From the IMG/VR virus record IMGVR_UViG_3300025413_001393, positions 1 to 64,000 of that record: a stretch of 64,000 nt of DNA; one strand, written 5' to 3'. The position numbers were made by a program, and so were the translations under genes. Below the pieces are notes generated by a model. It had not been told where the DNA came from, searched no databases, and saw nothing but the letters and a program-made list of their open reading frames with translations. Below, one piece after another: positions 46,641-55,575 of this stretch (the stretch's first letter is position 1; the number at the start of each line of letters is the position of its first letter). Source of the stretch: a virus.

Positions 46641-48361
46641 ACTTTCTTAGATTTAAATACTGAAGGTCCAAGAAGAGCTAGCTGAGCTGCAGCAAAAGCG
46701 TTGCCAACAGTAGATTGGAATGTCAAATTTAAAGCTTCCATTACTCCGACTTGTTTATGCATAGGAGCTGCTTCTTCACATCCTGACTGTTTAGATAGTA
46801 CAGAATCGTGAGTATCGGATGAATAATCCATATCTGGTAGTCTTATACTGTGACTATGTTTCATGTCCGGAAGAGCATGAGTGTGAGGAAAATTATTTAA
46901 AATAATATTTTTTAATACTGTTTGTGTAAGTAAATTAATTGATAATTTACTAAGAGTTATATTTACAGGGCCAGATGCATCTCCAACGCTACCAGTACCT
47001 GTTAGTGAACCTCCTACACCATTAGCTTTAACAACCATTGTTCTTGATGGTAAGATGTATCCAGTACCTTGAGCAAGCGGTTCAACTGGAATAGCATTAT
47101 ATCCAATATTAAAAGCCTTGTCTGACATTCCCTGCGAAAATCTTGGCCCCATCATACCTTGTAAACTAACAGGTTCGGCAGCATTTACAATTGCATGAGC
47201 AATCATATCTTTTGTTGCTGCAGCAATACTCTCAACAGCTGCTCCACCCCAAAAAGCTGGACCTGAATATAAGTCGGAACAGGAAGCTTCATCGGTTGGT
47301 TTTTTTGTTCCAACACAAGAGCCATGTACAAAAGATATACTTTGAGAATGCGTATGTCCTCCAACTCGCAAATTTCCAGTATTGCTGATCGTACCTTTAA
47401 CGAAAAAGTCTCCATCTGATGGAGCTACCTCAATACTCTTTCCGTTAAGCTGTACAAATTCTCCTTCAAGTGTTAGTGTTCCTGTTTGTGTACCAATAGT
47501 TATTTCTGGACTAGAAATTGTTGTAATTCCACCTGAAATTACAATAGGACCTCCAGTTGTGATGTCGACACCTTGTGTTCCTGTAACAACAGAAAATTTA
47601 TTAGAACATTTAATCATGTAATGTCCACCAGGAGATGCGACAGAATTTATACCTTGAACATGATTTGCTGGAGCTCCCTCAGAAAACATTGGAGCACCAT
47701 TCTTTAAGTCTAAACTTCCGTGCGGAACCAATCTTTTGTGTCTAGTTTTTCCTCCTTTAATAACGGTGTGTGAAGGAGCATCATTCATTCCAAGACCTAC
47801 CTCTAATAATTCGTGACCAGCTACAATTGTGTATCTATTACCTCCACCACCTGTTGAAGAACCAAGCTTCTGTTCAAGCTTTGATATTTCAGCAGCTGAA
47901 GCTTTGTGTTTTTCTGCAACTTGTTTTTCTTTAGCTGAACGGTCTGATGGATCTTTAATTGTTTTTTTGCCTCCACAAGCTTTGCAGGGAGTTTTTAAAA
48001 CGCTTGATTTTGATACTGGACTATGATCTTTTAAATAACTAATAACGCCTGTTGGAATTTTAATTGGAACAGCTCGCTGCAAGATGCCACCAATGTGACT
48101 GAGAGTCTTAGAAACTTTTGTTACAAGAATATCTCCTGTGCAATGCGGACAAGGTAATTCTCTTTGACCATCAGATGATGAAGGTGGTGGAGGAGGATTT
48201 GTATTCCCTGAAGAGTTTATTTTAATATCACTACTAGGAATACCTCCTTTATCCGGAATAAATGTATTGTTTGGACCCCATGTACCAGTCTGGCCAGCAG
48301 CATTTATTCCACTGCTTCCAGGTATAAATTGCATTGGACCATTTACTTTTGTTACAGACAT
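46637..48361 (-). CDS. Baseplate spike-like protein (gp5 C-terminal-type beta-strand repeats, Zn finger, HxH motifs)
   Basis: CPHC and CKAC pairs; beta-helix-like IVAGHELLEVG, FSVVTGTQGVDITT, LEGEFVQLNG; GHTH, PHTH, KHSH. Directly downstream of gp5. Confidence 0.55.
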   Translation of the reverse strand: MSVTKVNGPMQFIPGSSGINAAGQTGTWGPNNTFIPDKGGIPSSDIKINSSGNTNPPPPPSSSDGQRELPCPHCTGDILVTKVSKTLSHIGGILQRAVPIKIPTGVISYLKDHSPVSKSSVLKTPCKACGGKKTIKDPSDRSAKEKQVAEKHKASAAEISKLEQKLGSSTGGGGNRYTIVAGHELLEVGLGMNDAPSHTVIKGGKTRHKRLVPHGSLDLKNGAPMFSEGAPANHVQGINSVASPGGHYMIKCSNKFSVVTGTQGVDITTGGPIVISGGITTISSPEITIGTQTGTLTLEGEFVQLNGKSIEVAPSDGDFFVKGTISNTGNLRVGGHTHSQSISFVHGSCVGTKKPTDEASCSDLYSGPAFWGGAAVESIAAATKDMIAHAIVNAAEPVSLQGMMGPRFSQGMSDKAFNIGYNAIPVEPLAQGTGYILPSRTMVVKANGVGGSLTGTGSVGDASGPVNITLSKLSINLLTQTVLKNIILNNFPHTHALPDMKHSHSIRLPDMDYSSDTHDSVLSKQSGCEEAAPMHKQVGVMEALNLTFQSTVGNAFAAAQLALLGPSVFKSKKV

Positions 48362-48396
48362 ATTATTAATTTATACGATTGGTTGTTTAAAAACTA

Positions 48397-50730
48397 CTAG
48401 CTTTGATCAGATAAAGAGGCTTGATTTTCTTTTATAATTTGTTGTATTCTTGTAACAGCGTCTACTGCAGGCTGTGCTACATTACCAACCTTAACATAAA
48501 CATCCCCCATTGTTACGTGATTGTGATCTCCCTGAATCCAATCTTCTTTGAAACCAAGAGTAGTGTTCCATCTATCTCCTTCAACTTGATCTCGTCTATC
48601 AAATTTAGAAAATATTTGATGGTACCCTTTACCCATGAACATATTGGAACCATCATCTCCATAAACCATCATACTCTGCTGACCTTGAGATGGATCATTT
48701 GGATTAATTTCGTAATGAGATCTAAAACCTCCACCAGGCATGTTTAGAGTTGTTCCTACAGATGTAACGGGATTATCGGGTGTAGAACCTGGTTTATAAC
48801 CTTGAGAATCCGAACCAGTTCTATAAACACTAGCCCATTCTTCTTTAGAGTAAGATGCAGCAAAATAAACAGGATATAAAGGATTGCCTTCTCTAAAGAA
48901 AACCCACAACATGGCACCTCCTGCAGGATATGTAAATAACCCTTTAGCCATATTATTAATATTATGAATAGCAGGAGGTCCGTGAGGATTAGGATGATTA
49001 ACAAGTGCTGTAGAAGAAGCTCCAACTTGCTTACCAGCAGTTCCAGCAATTCCAGTCTTGTTTGCAGCATTATCGGTTAACTTTTGAAGTTGAGCTTTTT
49101 GATCAGCAGTTAATTGAGAACCATAATACTGCTGAAGCTGTTCAGGAGTTGGAGGATTTTTAACAGAAAAAGAGGGAATAGAACCGTCAGTTATTGGAGC
49201 TATAGACATTGTTGCACCTGGTGCTAGTGTAGTGCCTTTTAACAGACCTGAAGAACCTTGTACAACACCTCCTCCAGCTGCAATCATAGCAGCTGTAGAA
49301 ATTTCTCCGTGATAACTATTAACACCAGCTGCAGCATTAGTACCAAGCACAGCACCGTTACCACGAGATGTTGATGAATCTGCACCAATACAAACAATCG
49401 GTGGTCCATCGTTAATTTGAACGGCAAAAGGTTTACCAATATCAGCTTTGTTAGCAACAGCAATGTAAGGTACGTTCATCGCATCAATTGATTTACCAGT
49501 TGAGTCAGTCAGCGAAGTGTTTGTATCTCCTGCACCATTTCCACCTTCCAATGCCATCGAATATGGATTTCCGTTTGAGTCATCCGAAATTTCATTAGCG
49601 TTTGAACCGTTAACAACTTGAGTTAGTGTGCTACTTCCCCGAGCTTGGTCTAATGCAGCCTTTGCAGAACTACTAAGATCTCCACCAGAAGCTGCATTAT
49701 TTTCAACTGTTGGATCAGCAGCATTACCTTGTGCTGGATCATCTTCGTCTTGATTGTTGTTTTGAGTAGGATCTGATTGGCTATGAACATTTGCAGCAGC
49801 TGCAGGCTGACCACTCATGCTCGTTCTATCAGCTACTGGAGAGGCTGGAGGAGAACCTGCAGGAGCTATAGTATCTTTTGGATAATATACTGTAAAATTG
49901 CTATAAGGTACTTTACCAGAAGAAGCAAGCACACCATTAGTACCTCCAACAGATGAAGGACTATCAGGATTTTGAGAAAAATTGCTAACCCAATTTGAAC
50001 CAGTCCATACTTGAATGTGACCTTGACCTTTATGACCACCTTGAGCACAAACTGTTGTACCGACTGGAATTTTAGCTGGATCACTTAATGCTCCAGCATC
50101 CATAGCAACTGGAGGTTGAAATTGACCAGAATTTGTAAGATAGTTATTCCCTCCTCCTAAAGCCAACGAGCCAGCTGTGTCGTTGCCACCTGCTCCAATA
50201 CCTTGAGCAAAATACGAATTACCAGTCAGAGCTCCTAAAACTCCTCTAGAACCAATACCACATTTACCTGAGCCTGAAGAATTGCTAGAATATTCGTCAG
50301 GAGATATACCACCGTACTTGGTTGCTTTAGCAAACAAATCTGCATTATTTGTTGGAGTAATTGGATTTGGACTAGATACTGGAGATTGATCGTAAAGAAG
50401 AGAAGATACAGCATTTCCTACTGCTTTAGCTCCTGCAGCAATAGCACTTCCTATACTTGATACAACGTTGCCGGGAGCTGAAGTTCCGCAAATTGGAGAA
50501 GCAGATTCAGCCCAAGGTAGTATTTGAACTAACTTAGCAATCTGATCAGACGTCAAAGCGCTTGGTAAATTATCTCCAACACACGTAAGATTGATGTCTT
50601 GAGCTGTTTCGTTCCAGTTATCATACAACGCTGGCATTATATGAGGAATAAAAACTTGTACTCTTCCTCTTTTTTCGGGATCATCGTTATTAATACAGAT
50701 GCCCAAATACATTGAATTATATTCTTTCAT
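48397..50730 (-). CDS. gp5: Baseplate hub gp5-like protein (OB fold) with inserted amidase-like and GH75-like domains
   Basis: GICINNDDPEKRGRVQVFIP...LPWA and GLFTYPAGGAMLWVFFREGNPLYPVYF are the two halves of the gp5 OB fold. Confidence 0.75.
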   Translation of the reverse strand: MKEYNSMYLGICINNDDPEKRGRVQVFIPHIMPALYDNWNETAQDINLTCVGDNLPSALTSDQIAKLVQILPWAESASPICGTSAPGNVVSSIGSAIAAGAKAVGNAVSSLLYDQSPVSSPNPITPTNNADLFAKATKYGGISPDEYSSNSSGSGKCGIGSRGVLGALTGNSYFAQGIGAGGNDTAGSLALGGGNNYLTNSGQFQPPVAMDAGALSDPAKIPVGTTVCAQGGHKGQGHIQVWTGSNWVSNFSQNPDSPSSVGGTNGVLASSGKVPYSNFTVYYPKDTIAPAGSPPASPVADRTSMSGQPAAAANVHSQSDPTQNNNQDEDDPAQGNAADPTVENNAASGGDLSSSAKAALDQARGSSTLTQVVNGSNANEISDDSNGNPYSMALEGGNGAGDTNTSLTDSTGKSIDAMNVPYIAVANKADIGKPFAVQINDGPPIVCIGADSSTSRGNGAVLGTNAAAGVNSYHGEISTAAMIAAGGGVVQGSSGLLKGTTLAPGATMSIAPITDGSIPSFSVKNPPTPEQLQQYYGSQLTADQKAQLQKLTDNAANKTGIAGTAGKQVGASSTALVNHPNPHGPPAIHNINNMAKGLFTYPAGGAMLWVFFREGNPLYPVYFAASYSKEEWASVYRTGSDSQGYKPGSTPDNPVTSVGTTLNMPGGGFRSHYEINPNDPSQGQQSMMVYGDDGSNMFMGKGYHQIFSKFDRRDQVEGDRWNTTLGFKEDWIQGDHNHVTMGDVYVKVGNVAQPAVDAVTRIQQIIKENQASLSDQS

Positions 50731-50732
50731 GT

Positions 50733-52301
50733 TTAGGTATTTAAATATTGAGAGGCCTCTAACGAAATATTCTTGTTAGCGTTATAGTTAAAAGGTTGAT
50801 TAGGAGTGTTCAAATTTGCTACTGGAGAAGCAGACGTAGATTTTAGAGGATCACTAGAAGTTAATTGTGGAAGAACAAGAGGAGCTTCTTGAGGTGAACG
50901 TACAACACGCAAACCATGCTGATCTACAGGAAGCTTAGGATTTGTAGGAGCTGGTACAATTGCTGGAGGATGTGAAGCATTGGGGTTGTGTAAAGGCGGT
51001 TTTCCTGTAGAGGTTCCAAGTAAAGGTCCCAATATACCCATTTGCTTAGCATATTGACCGGTAATATTTTGAATTACTCCTCCTTGTATTGATTGCATTG
51101 CTGAACCAAAACTATAACCATGGTTACCGACAAGCCCCAAGCCAGGTATTTTATGAATTTGACCGAGTTGTTTATTAATGCTAGGAGGAACTAGTTTGCT
51201 CATTAAAGCTTGTGGATTTCTTACAGCAGCAAGACCAGTACCAGCTTGAGGAAAAAATGAGGTGGCAAGAGACGCTGGATTGGATAATATTCCACTTCCT
51301 ATTGAAGCAAATTGACCAAGCTGTCCTATTGAATTTGTAACAGAACTTAGACCACTAAAAGAACCTCCAATACTGCCAACCATGCCAGCTACTTCAGTAA
51401 TAGCACTTAAAAAATCCGTCAATTGACCAATTGGAACTAGACTATCTAATAAGCCTTTAGGACCAAAAATTAAATCAAAAATTCCAGAAACAACACTATC
51501 CAACAAACCACTAATTTGCTTAACGATATCCATTAGACCATTGTAAATGTCTGAAGCTATGGAAAATGGAAGAGCTAATAATGCATCAGCCGTTGAAGCT
51601 AAACTTCGTAAACTACCCATCATTTGAGATGGTAAATGTTGTAAGTTGTCTAATTTATATTTTTTTACGGTTGCTTCCAGTCTATCTGTAAATCCTGGGT
51701 TAGTTTTATCTAATTGGTTAGAAATAGATTTACTAAACGATTCAGCTGAACCTAGAGGATCTCTTAAAACATTAGTAAGTGTACCAAGAGTAGATCCTAT
51801 ATGAGATGAAACAGGCTGAAGCGTTTGATTAATGTTGTCTTTAACGCCGCGTATGTCAGCAGCTATATTAACTTGAGCAGAAGATATTCCTTCTCCTAAC
51901 TTAGATGTAGCTTTAGTAACGCTTTTGTGAACAGCTAGCTCTGCAGAAAATAATGTCGTAATTAAATTTCTACTATAACCATCTAAATCGTGCTCGGTAG
52001 GAGCAGCTGCAGTTCCTGCTGATTTAATTCCAAATAAATTTTGTATATAAAGAGGTAATGGATGAGACGAGCCGTATTTCTTTTTAAGATGATTTATTTT
52101 TTCAAGTGTATTTTCATCTGTTACCCAACCAGTACCAACAGGAACAGCCGAAGTACCAGAAGCAGAGTTTATACCTCCTGGAGGATTATAAGAAAATGCT
52201 TGTTTGTTGGCAGACGCAGCGGCAGCAGCGGCGGCAGGTCCAAAAACCTCAGGCCCGTATGTTGTTGTTACGGATGTTCCTCCAATTCCTAAAAAAGACA
52301 T
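50733..52301 (-). CDS. Hypothetical helical structural protein
   Basis: Gly/Ser/Leu-rich amphipathic; TATAAATA at 52320-52327; upstream of gp5. Confidence 0.5.
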   Translation of the reverse strand: MSFLGIGGTSVTTTYGPEVFGPAAAAAAASANKQAFSYNPPGGINSASGTSAVPVGTGWVTDENTLEKINHLKKKYGSSHPLPLYIQNLFGIKSAGTAAAPTEHDLDGYSRNLITTLFSAELAVHKSVTKATSKLGEGISSAQVNIAADIRGVKDNINQTLQPVSSHIGSTLGTLTNVLRDPLGSAESFSKSISNQLDKTNPGFTDRLEATVKKYKLDNLQHLPSQMMGSLRSLASTADALLALPFSIASDIYNGLMDIVKQISGLLDSVVSGIFDLIFGPKGLLDSLVPIGQLTDFLSAITEVAGMVGSIGGSFSGLSSVTNSIGQLGQFASIGSGILSNPASLATSFFPQAGTGLAAVRNPQALMSKLVPPSINKQLGQIHKIPGLGLVGNHGYSFGSAMQSIQGGVIQNITGQYAKQMGILGPLLGTSTGKPPLHNPNASHPPAIVPAPTNPKLPVDQHGLRVVRSPQEAPLVLPQLTSSDPLKSTSASPVANLNTPNQPFNYNANKNISLEASQYLNT

Positions 52302-52356
52302 ATATTTTGTATTCTTACTTTATTTATAACCAAAAGTTAATAATTAAACTTCAGTT

Positions 52357-52533
52357 ATGTCTAGTAAACAACACGAAATTGAAGCTATTGTAGAAGATTT
52401 AATCGAGAACACAATTTTTGAATTATTTGCAGATAGTTTTTCATCAGTTAAAGAATGCGAAATTGCTTTAGAAATACTAAAACACAAGCTAGAAGAAATT
52501 GAACCATCTGCTTTTACCGAATTTTTTAATTAA
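52357..52533 (+). CDS. 58-aa acidic hypothetical protein (missing from ORF track)
   Basis: MSSKQHEIEAIVEDLIENTIFELFADSFSSVKECEIALEILKHKLEEIEPSAFTEFFN; fills the intergenic gap. Confidence 0.6.
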   Translation: MSSKQHEIEAIVEDLIENTIFELFADSFSSVKECEIALEILKHKLEEIEPSAFTEFFN

Positions 52534-52550
52534 AAGAGATAAATAATAAT

Positions 52551-52964
52551 ATGCAGCTGTTTAAAGACAATTATCTTCTCGAAAAGGCTTATCTCTCTAT
52601 CGCCCAACAAGTACCTTCAGTACCTTCTGACGAAGAAGAAATGGAGCCGGAGTTAGAGCAGAATGACAATACCGAAATAGACGGTAGAATCGGAGATGAA
52701 GTTCCAGGACCTGAAGAGCCTGTTATTGATGACGAGCTTCATTCTCCTGCAGAAGTAGGAATGGAAGAGCCAAGTTTGAATGACGAAGAGCACGAAGAAA
52801 TGGAAGAAGATAGAATGGCTGTTGATAACCTTAATTCCGTTCGTGAAAGTGCAATGAAAATTGCAAATCATTGGTCACAAGGTAGTCGCTTGAGTCCTTG
52901 GCAACAGCAAAAATTAGCTATTGCAATGGAACTTCTTGCTGAAGTAGCAAGAGCTCTTCGCTAA
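52551..52964 (+). CDS. Acidic late protein, possible internal head protein
   Basis: GATAAATA at 52538-52545; MQLFKDNYLLE; C-terminal helical motif MAVDNLNSV...A.KI...LSPWQQQKLAIA. Confidence 0.6.
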   Translation: MQLFKDNYLLEKAYLSIAQQVPSVPSDEEEMEPELEQNDNTEIDGRIGDEVPGPEEPVIDDELHSPAEVGMEEPSLNDEEHEEMEEDRMAVDNLNSVRESAMKIANHWSQGSRLSPWQQQKLAIAMELLAEVARALR

Positions 52965-53377
52965 AACTCGAGTTTAATACACTCGATGTTATTGAAATTA
53001 AATATTTCAAGAGCTTTTTCGTCTCTACAGTAAGTTTCCGAGTAAACAACTTTTTCGATTCCATGTGCAACAATGTTGGTAGCACATGATGTGCAGGGAA
53101 GCAAGTTGCAAGCAATTATACGGCATTCTCCGCGTTTTATGAGCGCTAATAGATTGGCTTCTGCATGCACCACAAATGGACGTCTAGCATCTCTATCTTC
53201 CCAGAAGCCTGCAGGAGCAATTTTTCCTGGAGCTAAACCGTTATAAGCAACTCCTATAACTCGATTATCATAATCAAGTGCACAAGCTCCAACTTTTTTA
53301 TAAGGATCTTCACTTCGTAATGAAGCTACTTGAGCTATCCTCAAAGCATATTCTTCCCACGAAATTCTATTACTCAT
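52961..53377 (-). CDS. cd: dCMP deaminase
   Basis: RSEDPYKKVGAC, GVAYNG, VVHAEAN, PCTSCA. Confidence 0.92.
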   Translation of the reverse strand: MSNRISWEEYALRIAQVASLRSEDPYKKVGACALDYDNRVIGVAYNGLAPGKIAPAGFWEDRDARRPFVVHAEANLLALIKRGECRIIACNLLPCTSCATNIVAHGIEKVVYSETYCRDEKALEIFNFNNIECIKLEF

Positions 53378-53778
53378 TATACCAACTTATCGTTCCAGCA
53401 AAATACAACGTTATCGTATTTTTCCAACTTTAATGTTAAATTGTGATGAATAAGATTCTCCCAAATTTTATATTTGTTTATACTTGCACAATCCATTTTA
53501 GTAATATAAAACGTCTTGTCTGGGTTATTTGTAATGAGTCTCTTTAGTCTTATTAATTCTTCAAAAAAGATTGGCGAATATTCTTCTGGCTTGTAAAAAG
53601 AACTATCATCTAAGTCACCAAATTTTTTAGTTGTAAAGCCAAATGTGTGTTCATGGTCTCGTAATAGAGTAGAAAGCTCTGTACCTACGTGTTGAATATT
53701 ATCTGGAAACACAAAGTAGGATTTTGGATTTTTATCCAAAAAATCTGCTGTTATTGCTATTTGTTCGTAACGTGCCAT
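53377..53778 (-). CDS. Divergent macrodomain-like phage protein (A1S_2505/DUF7831-type)
   Basis: YFVFPDN, LRDH...GFTTKK, FYITK...NKYKIW. Confidence 0.4.
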   Translation of the reverse strand: MARYEQIAITADFLDKNPKSYFVFPDNIQHVGTELSTLLRDHEHTFGFTTKKFGDLDDSSFYKPEEYSPIFFEELIRLKRLITNNPDKTFYITKMDCASINKYKIWENLIHHNLTLKLEKYDNVVFCWNDKLV

Positions 53779-53796
53779 CCCTGTACTTATGCGGGT

Positions 53797-54510
53797 TTAG
53801 GTCCAAAAATAGTTTCTATTCTCGATAAACCACGTTAATATTTTAGTATCTTTAATTCTAATACTTTCCTCAAGCTCGTTATGCTTTTTGTATCTTTGTT
53901 GATATGACAGCTTACGAGACTTTTTTGTTGCTACAGTAAGAGCGTTGTCCAACTTTTCTTCTAACGCTTTACGAGTAACTTCAATATATTTTACAGCAGC
54001 TTTTAGTTCTTTATAGAAGGTTTTATGCGATGGATCACTATTCCAATTAATAGTGTTTTGACTAACTTCTTCATGCCAAAAATCTAAAATTAAACCAAAA
54101 TTTGAATCTACAACTACACTACTAATATCTTTCCAAACGTGCCTTGGGCAGGAGTTACGCCAACGAGGGTGCAAAGGTTTAATAAAGCGTTTAACGGCGT
54201 ATTTAACGTCCAAATAACGCATATATCTTAGTTTTATAAAGGCGTATGCTGGATTGTCCCAACTTGTTAACCAGTGACGAAAAAACCATTGAATGGGATA
54301 CTTTTGACGAATAAATTTATAAAATAAATCCCATTCGCTTTCCTTAGTTCCAAGGTCGTTGAATTTTATCTGAAGACCAAATGGAATTAAATAAAAGCCA
54401 TTTTTTTCTCGTTGTTCACGGGGAAGAGCTTTGTAATCTTCAGTAGTAGATACTTTATTACACGAATTTATAGGAAGATAAAACTTTGAATTGAGACCTT
54501 TTATGTGCAT
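53797..54510 (-). CDS. Hypothetical protein
   Basis: 237-aa ORF, Trp-rich, coiled-coil C-terminus. Confidence 0.55.
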   Translation of the reverse strand: MHIKGLNSKFYLPINSCNKVSTTEDYKALPREQREKNGFYLIPFGLQIKFNDLGTKESEWDLFYKFIRQKYPIQWFFRHWLTSWDNPAYAFIKLRYMRYLDVKYAVKRFIKPLHPRWRNSCPRHVWKDISSVVVDSNFGLILDFWHEEVSQNTINWNSDPSHKTFYKELKAAVKYIEVTRKALEEKLDNALTVATKKSRKLSYQQRYKKHNELEESIRIKDTKILTWFIENRNYFWT

Positions 54511-54529
54511 ATAAATATGCTCTTATAAA

Positions 54530-54898
54530 TTATTTGAATGTCAAGAAATACTTTAATCTGTCAACAATACCTAATATTTCGTCTCTAATATTAAACAATT
54601 CTGTATCCTTTATTGGATCTAATTGATCTACGGCTCTAGTAGAAAGAAACTCCATCATGTCTTTTATGAAGACTTCGTGATCAACTTCTTCTACGTTTAC
54701 AATCTCAATAGTAGTAAATGGTTTAAGACTAAATCTTTGATACTTACCTTGAAAACATTCAACAAATTTGTCTATCTGTTCATCTAAATCGTTATATGCT
54801 TTATTAAAAGCTTTATGTCTAGCATACGAAAACGTTTGCCAATGCAAAATTCTTATTTGTGTTTGGAACGTTAAAAGCTCAACTATCGTGTTTTCCAT
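54530..54898 (-). CDS. Ferritin-like DUF5856 protein
   Basis: LHWQT.SYARHKAF..AY..L....D.FVECFQG; IRDEILG..DRLKYFLT. Confidence 0.75.
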   Translation of the reverse strand: MENTIVELLTFQTQIRILHWQTFSYARHKAFNKAYNDLDEQIDKFVECFQGKYQRFSLKPFTTIEIVNVEEVDHEVFIKDMMEFLSTRAVDQLDPIKDTELFNIRDEILGIVDRLKYFLTFK

Positions 54899-54913
54899 TC
54901 CTTTAATTATAAC

Positions 54914-54943
54914 AAAAAAGAGGTGGAGTAAACCACCTCTTTT
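54914..54943 (-). terminator. Rho-independent terminator after gp19
   Basis: Minus strand AAAAGAGGTGG-TTTACT-CCACCTCTTTTTT. Confidence 0.85.
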
Positions 54944-54969
54944 CGTATTTGATATATTTATTTTAAATG

Positions 54970-55557
54970 TTAGCGAATAACGCCTGGATTTGCACCAAAT
55001 GTACCAGGAGTTCCAAGATTACCAGCACTACCGTTGTCTGTCTGCTGAGTAATGCGCCAGAATTGATATGCAATTGTAGCATTTACTGTTGCAATTGTAC
55101 CGTTATCCTTAATGTCAAAAGCAGTGTCAGCAAGAGCTTGTACATATGCACCAAATAGTGTGTACTCTCTTGTTGGCTGATTTTGCTTATCAAGAAGCTG
55201 GAGGATGATATCACTGCCAACTGATGGTGTTGAATAGTTTCCTGTTGAATCAGCATCACTAAATGTGTTGAACAAGCTTTGCTCTAACACATCTCTGATG
55301 TTGTATGCTTGATCGCAACGGAATGTTACATTGTAACCAGCTGATCCTGGATAGGAAGCTGTACCCGGAACGTTGAAAGCAAGACCCATGTAAGGAACTG
55401 GAATATTGTTAATTTGTCTTCCTGGAAGGGAAGCGGTTTCAACATAAATTAGCTCATCGGTCAGATTCAAATTTCCAAACTTTATCAGTTGGAATTGAAA
55501 CAAACGAGCGAAGTCGTGTTGCTGTGCTTGAGAGTAGAAGGTTTGGATGTTTGACAT
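54970..55557 (-). CDS. gp19: Tail tube protein (T4 gp19)
   Basis: FARLFQF, ETASLPGRQINNIPVPYMG..FNVPG, VTFRCD, QLLDKQ...REYTLFGAY, TIAYQFW. Confidence 0.9.
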   Translation of the reverse strand: MSNIQTFYSQAQQHDFARLFQFQLIKFGNLNLTDELIYVETASLPGRQINNIPVPYMGLAFNVPGTASYPGSAGYNVTFRCDQAYNIRDVLEQSLFNTFSDADSTGNYSTPSVGSDIILQLLDKQNQPTREYTLFGAYVQALADTAFDIKDNGTIATVNATIAYQFWRITQQTDNGSAGNLGTPGTFGANPGVIR

Positions 55558-55575
55558 AAGATTATTTATTTAATT

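Noticed and set aside
33374-54898. groES, thyX, phoH, dCMP deaminase, DUF5856 and the HNH gene as novelties
   Set aside because: All are common in large T4-like phages; listed as features only.
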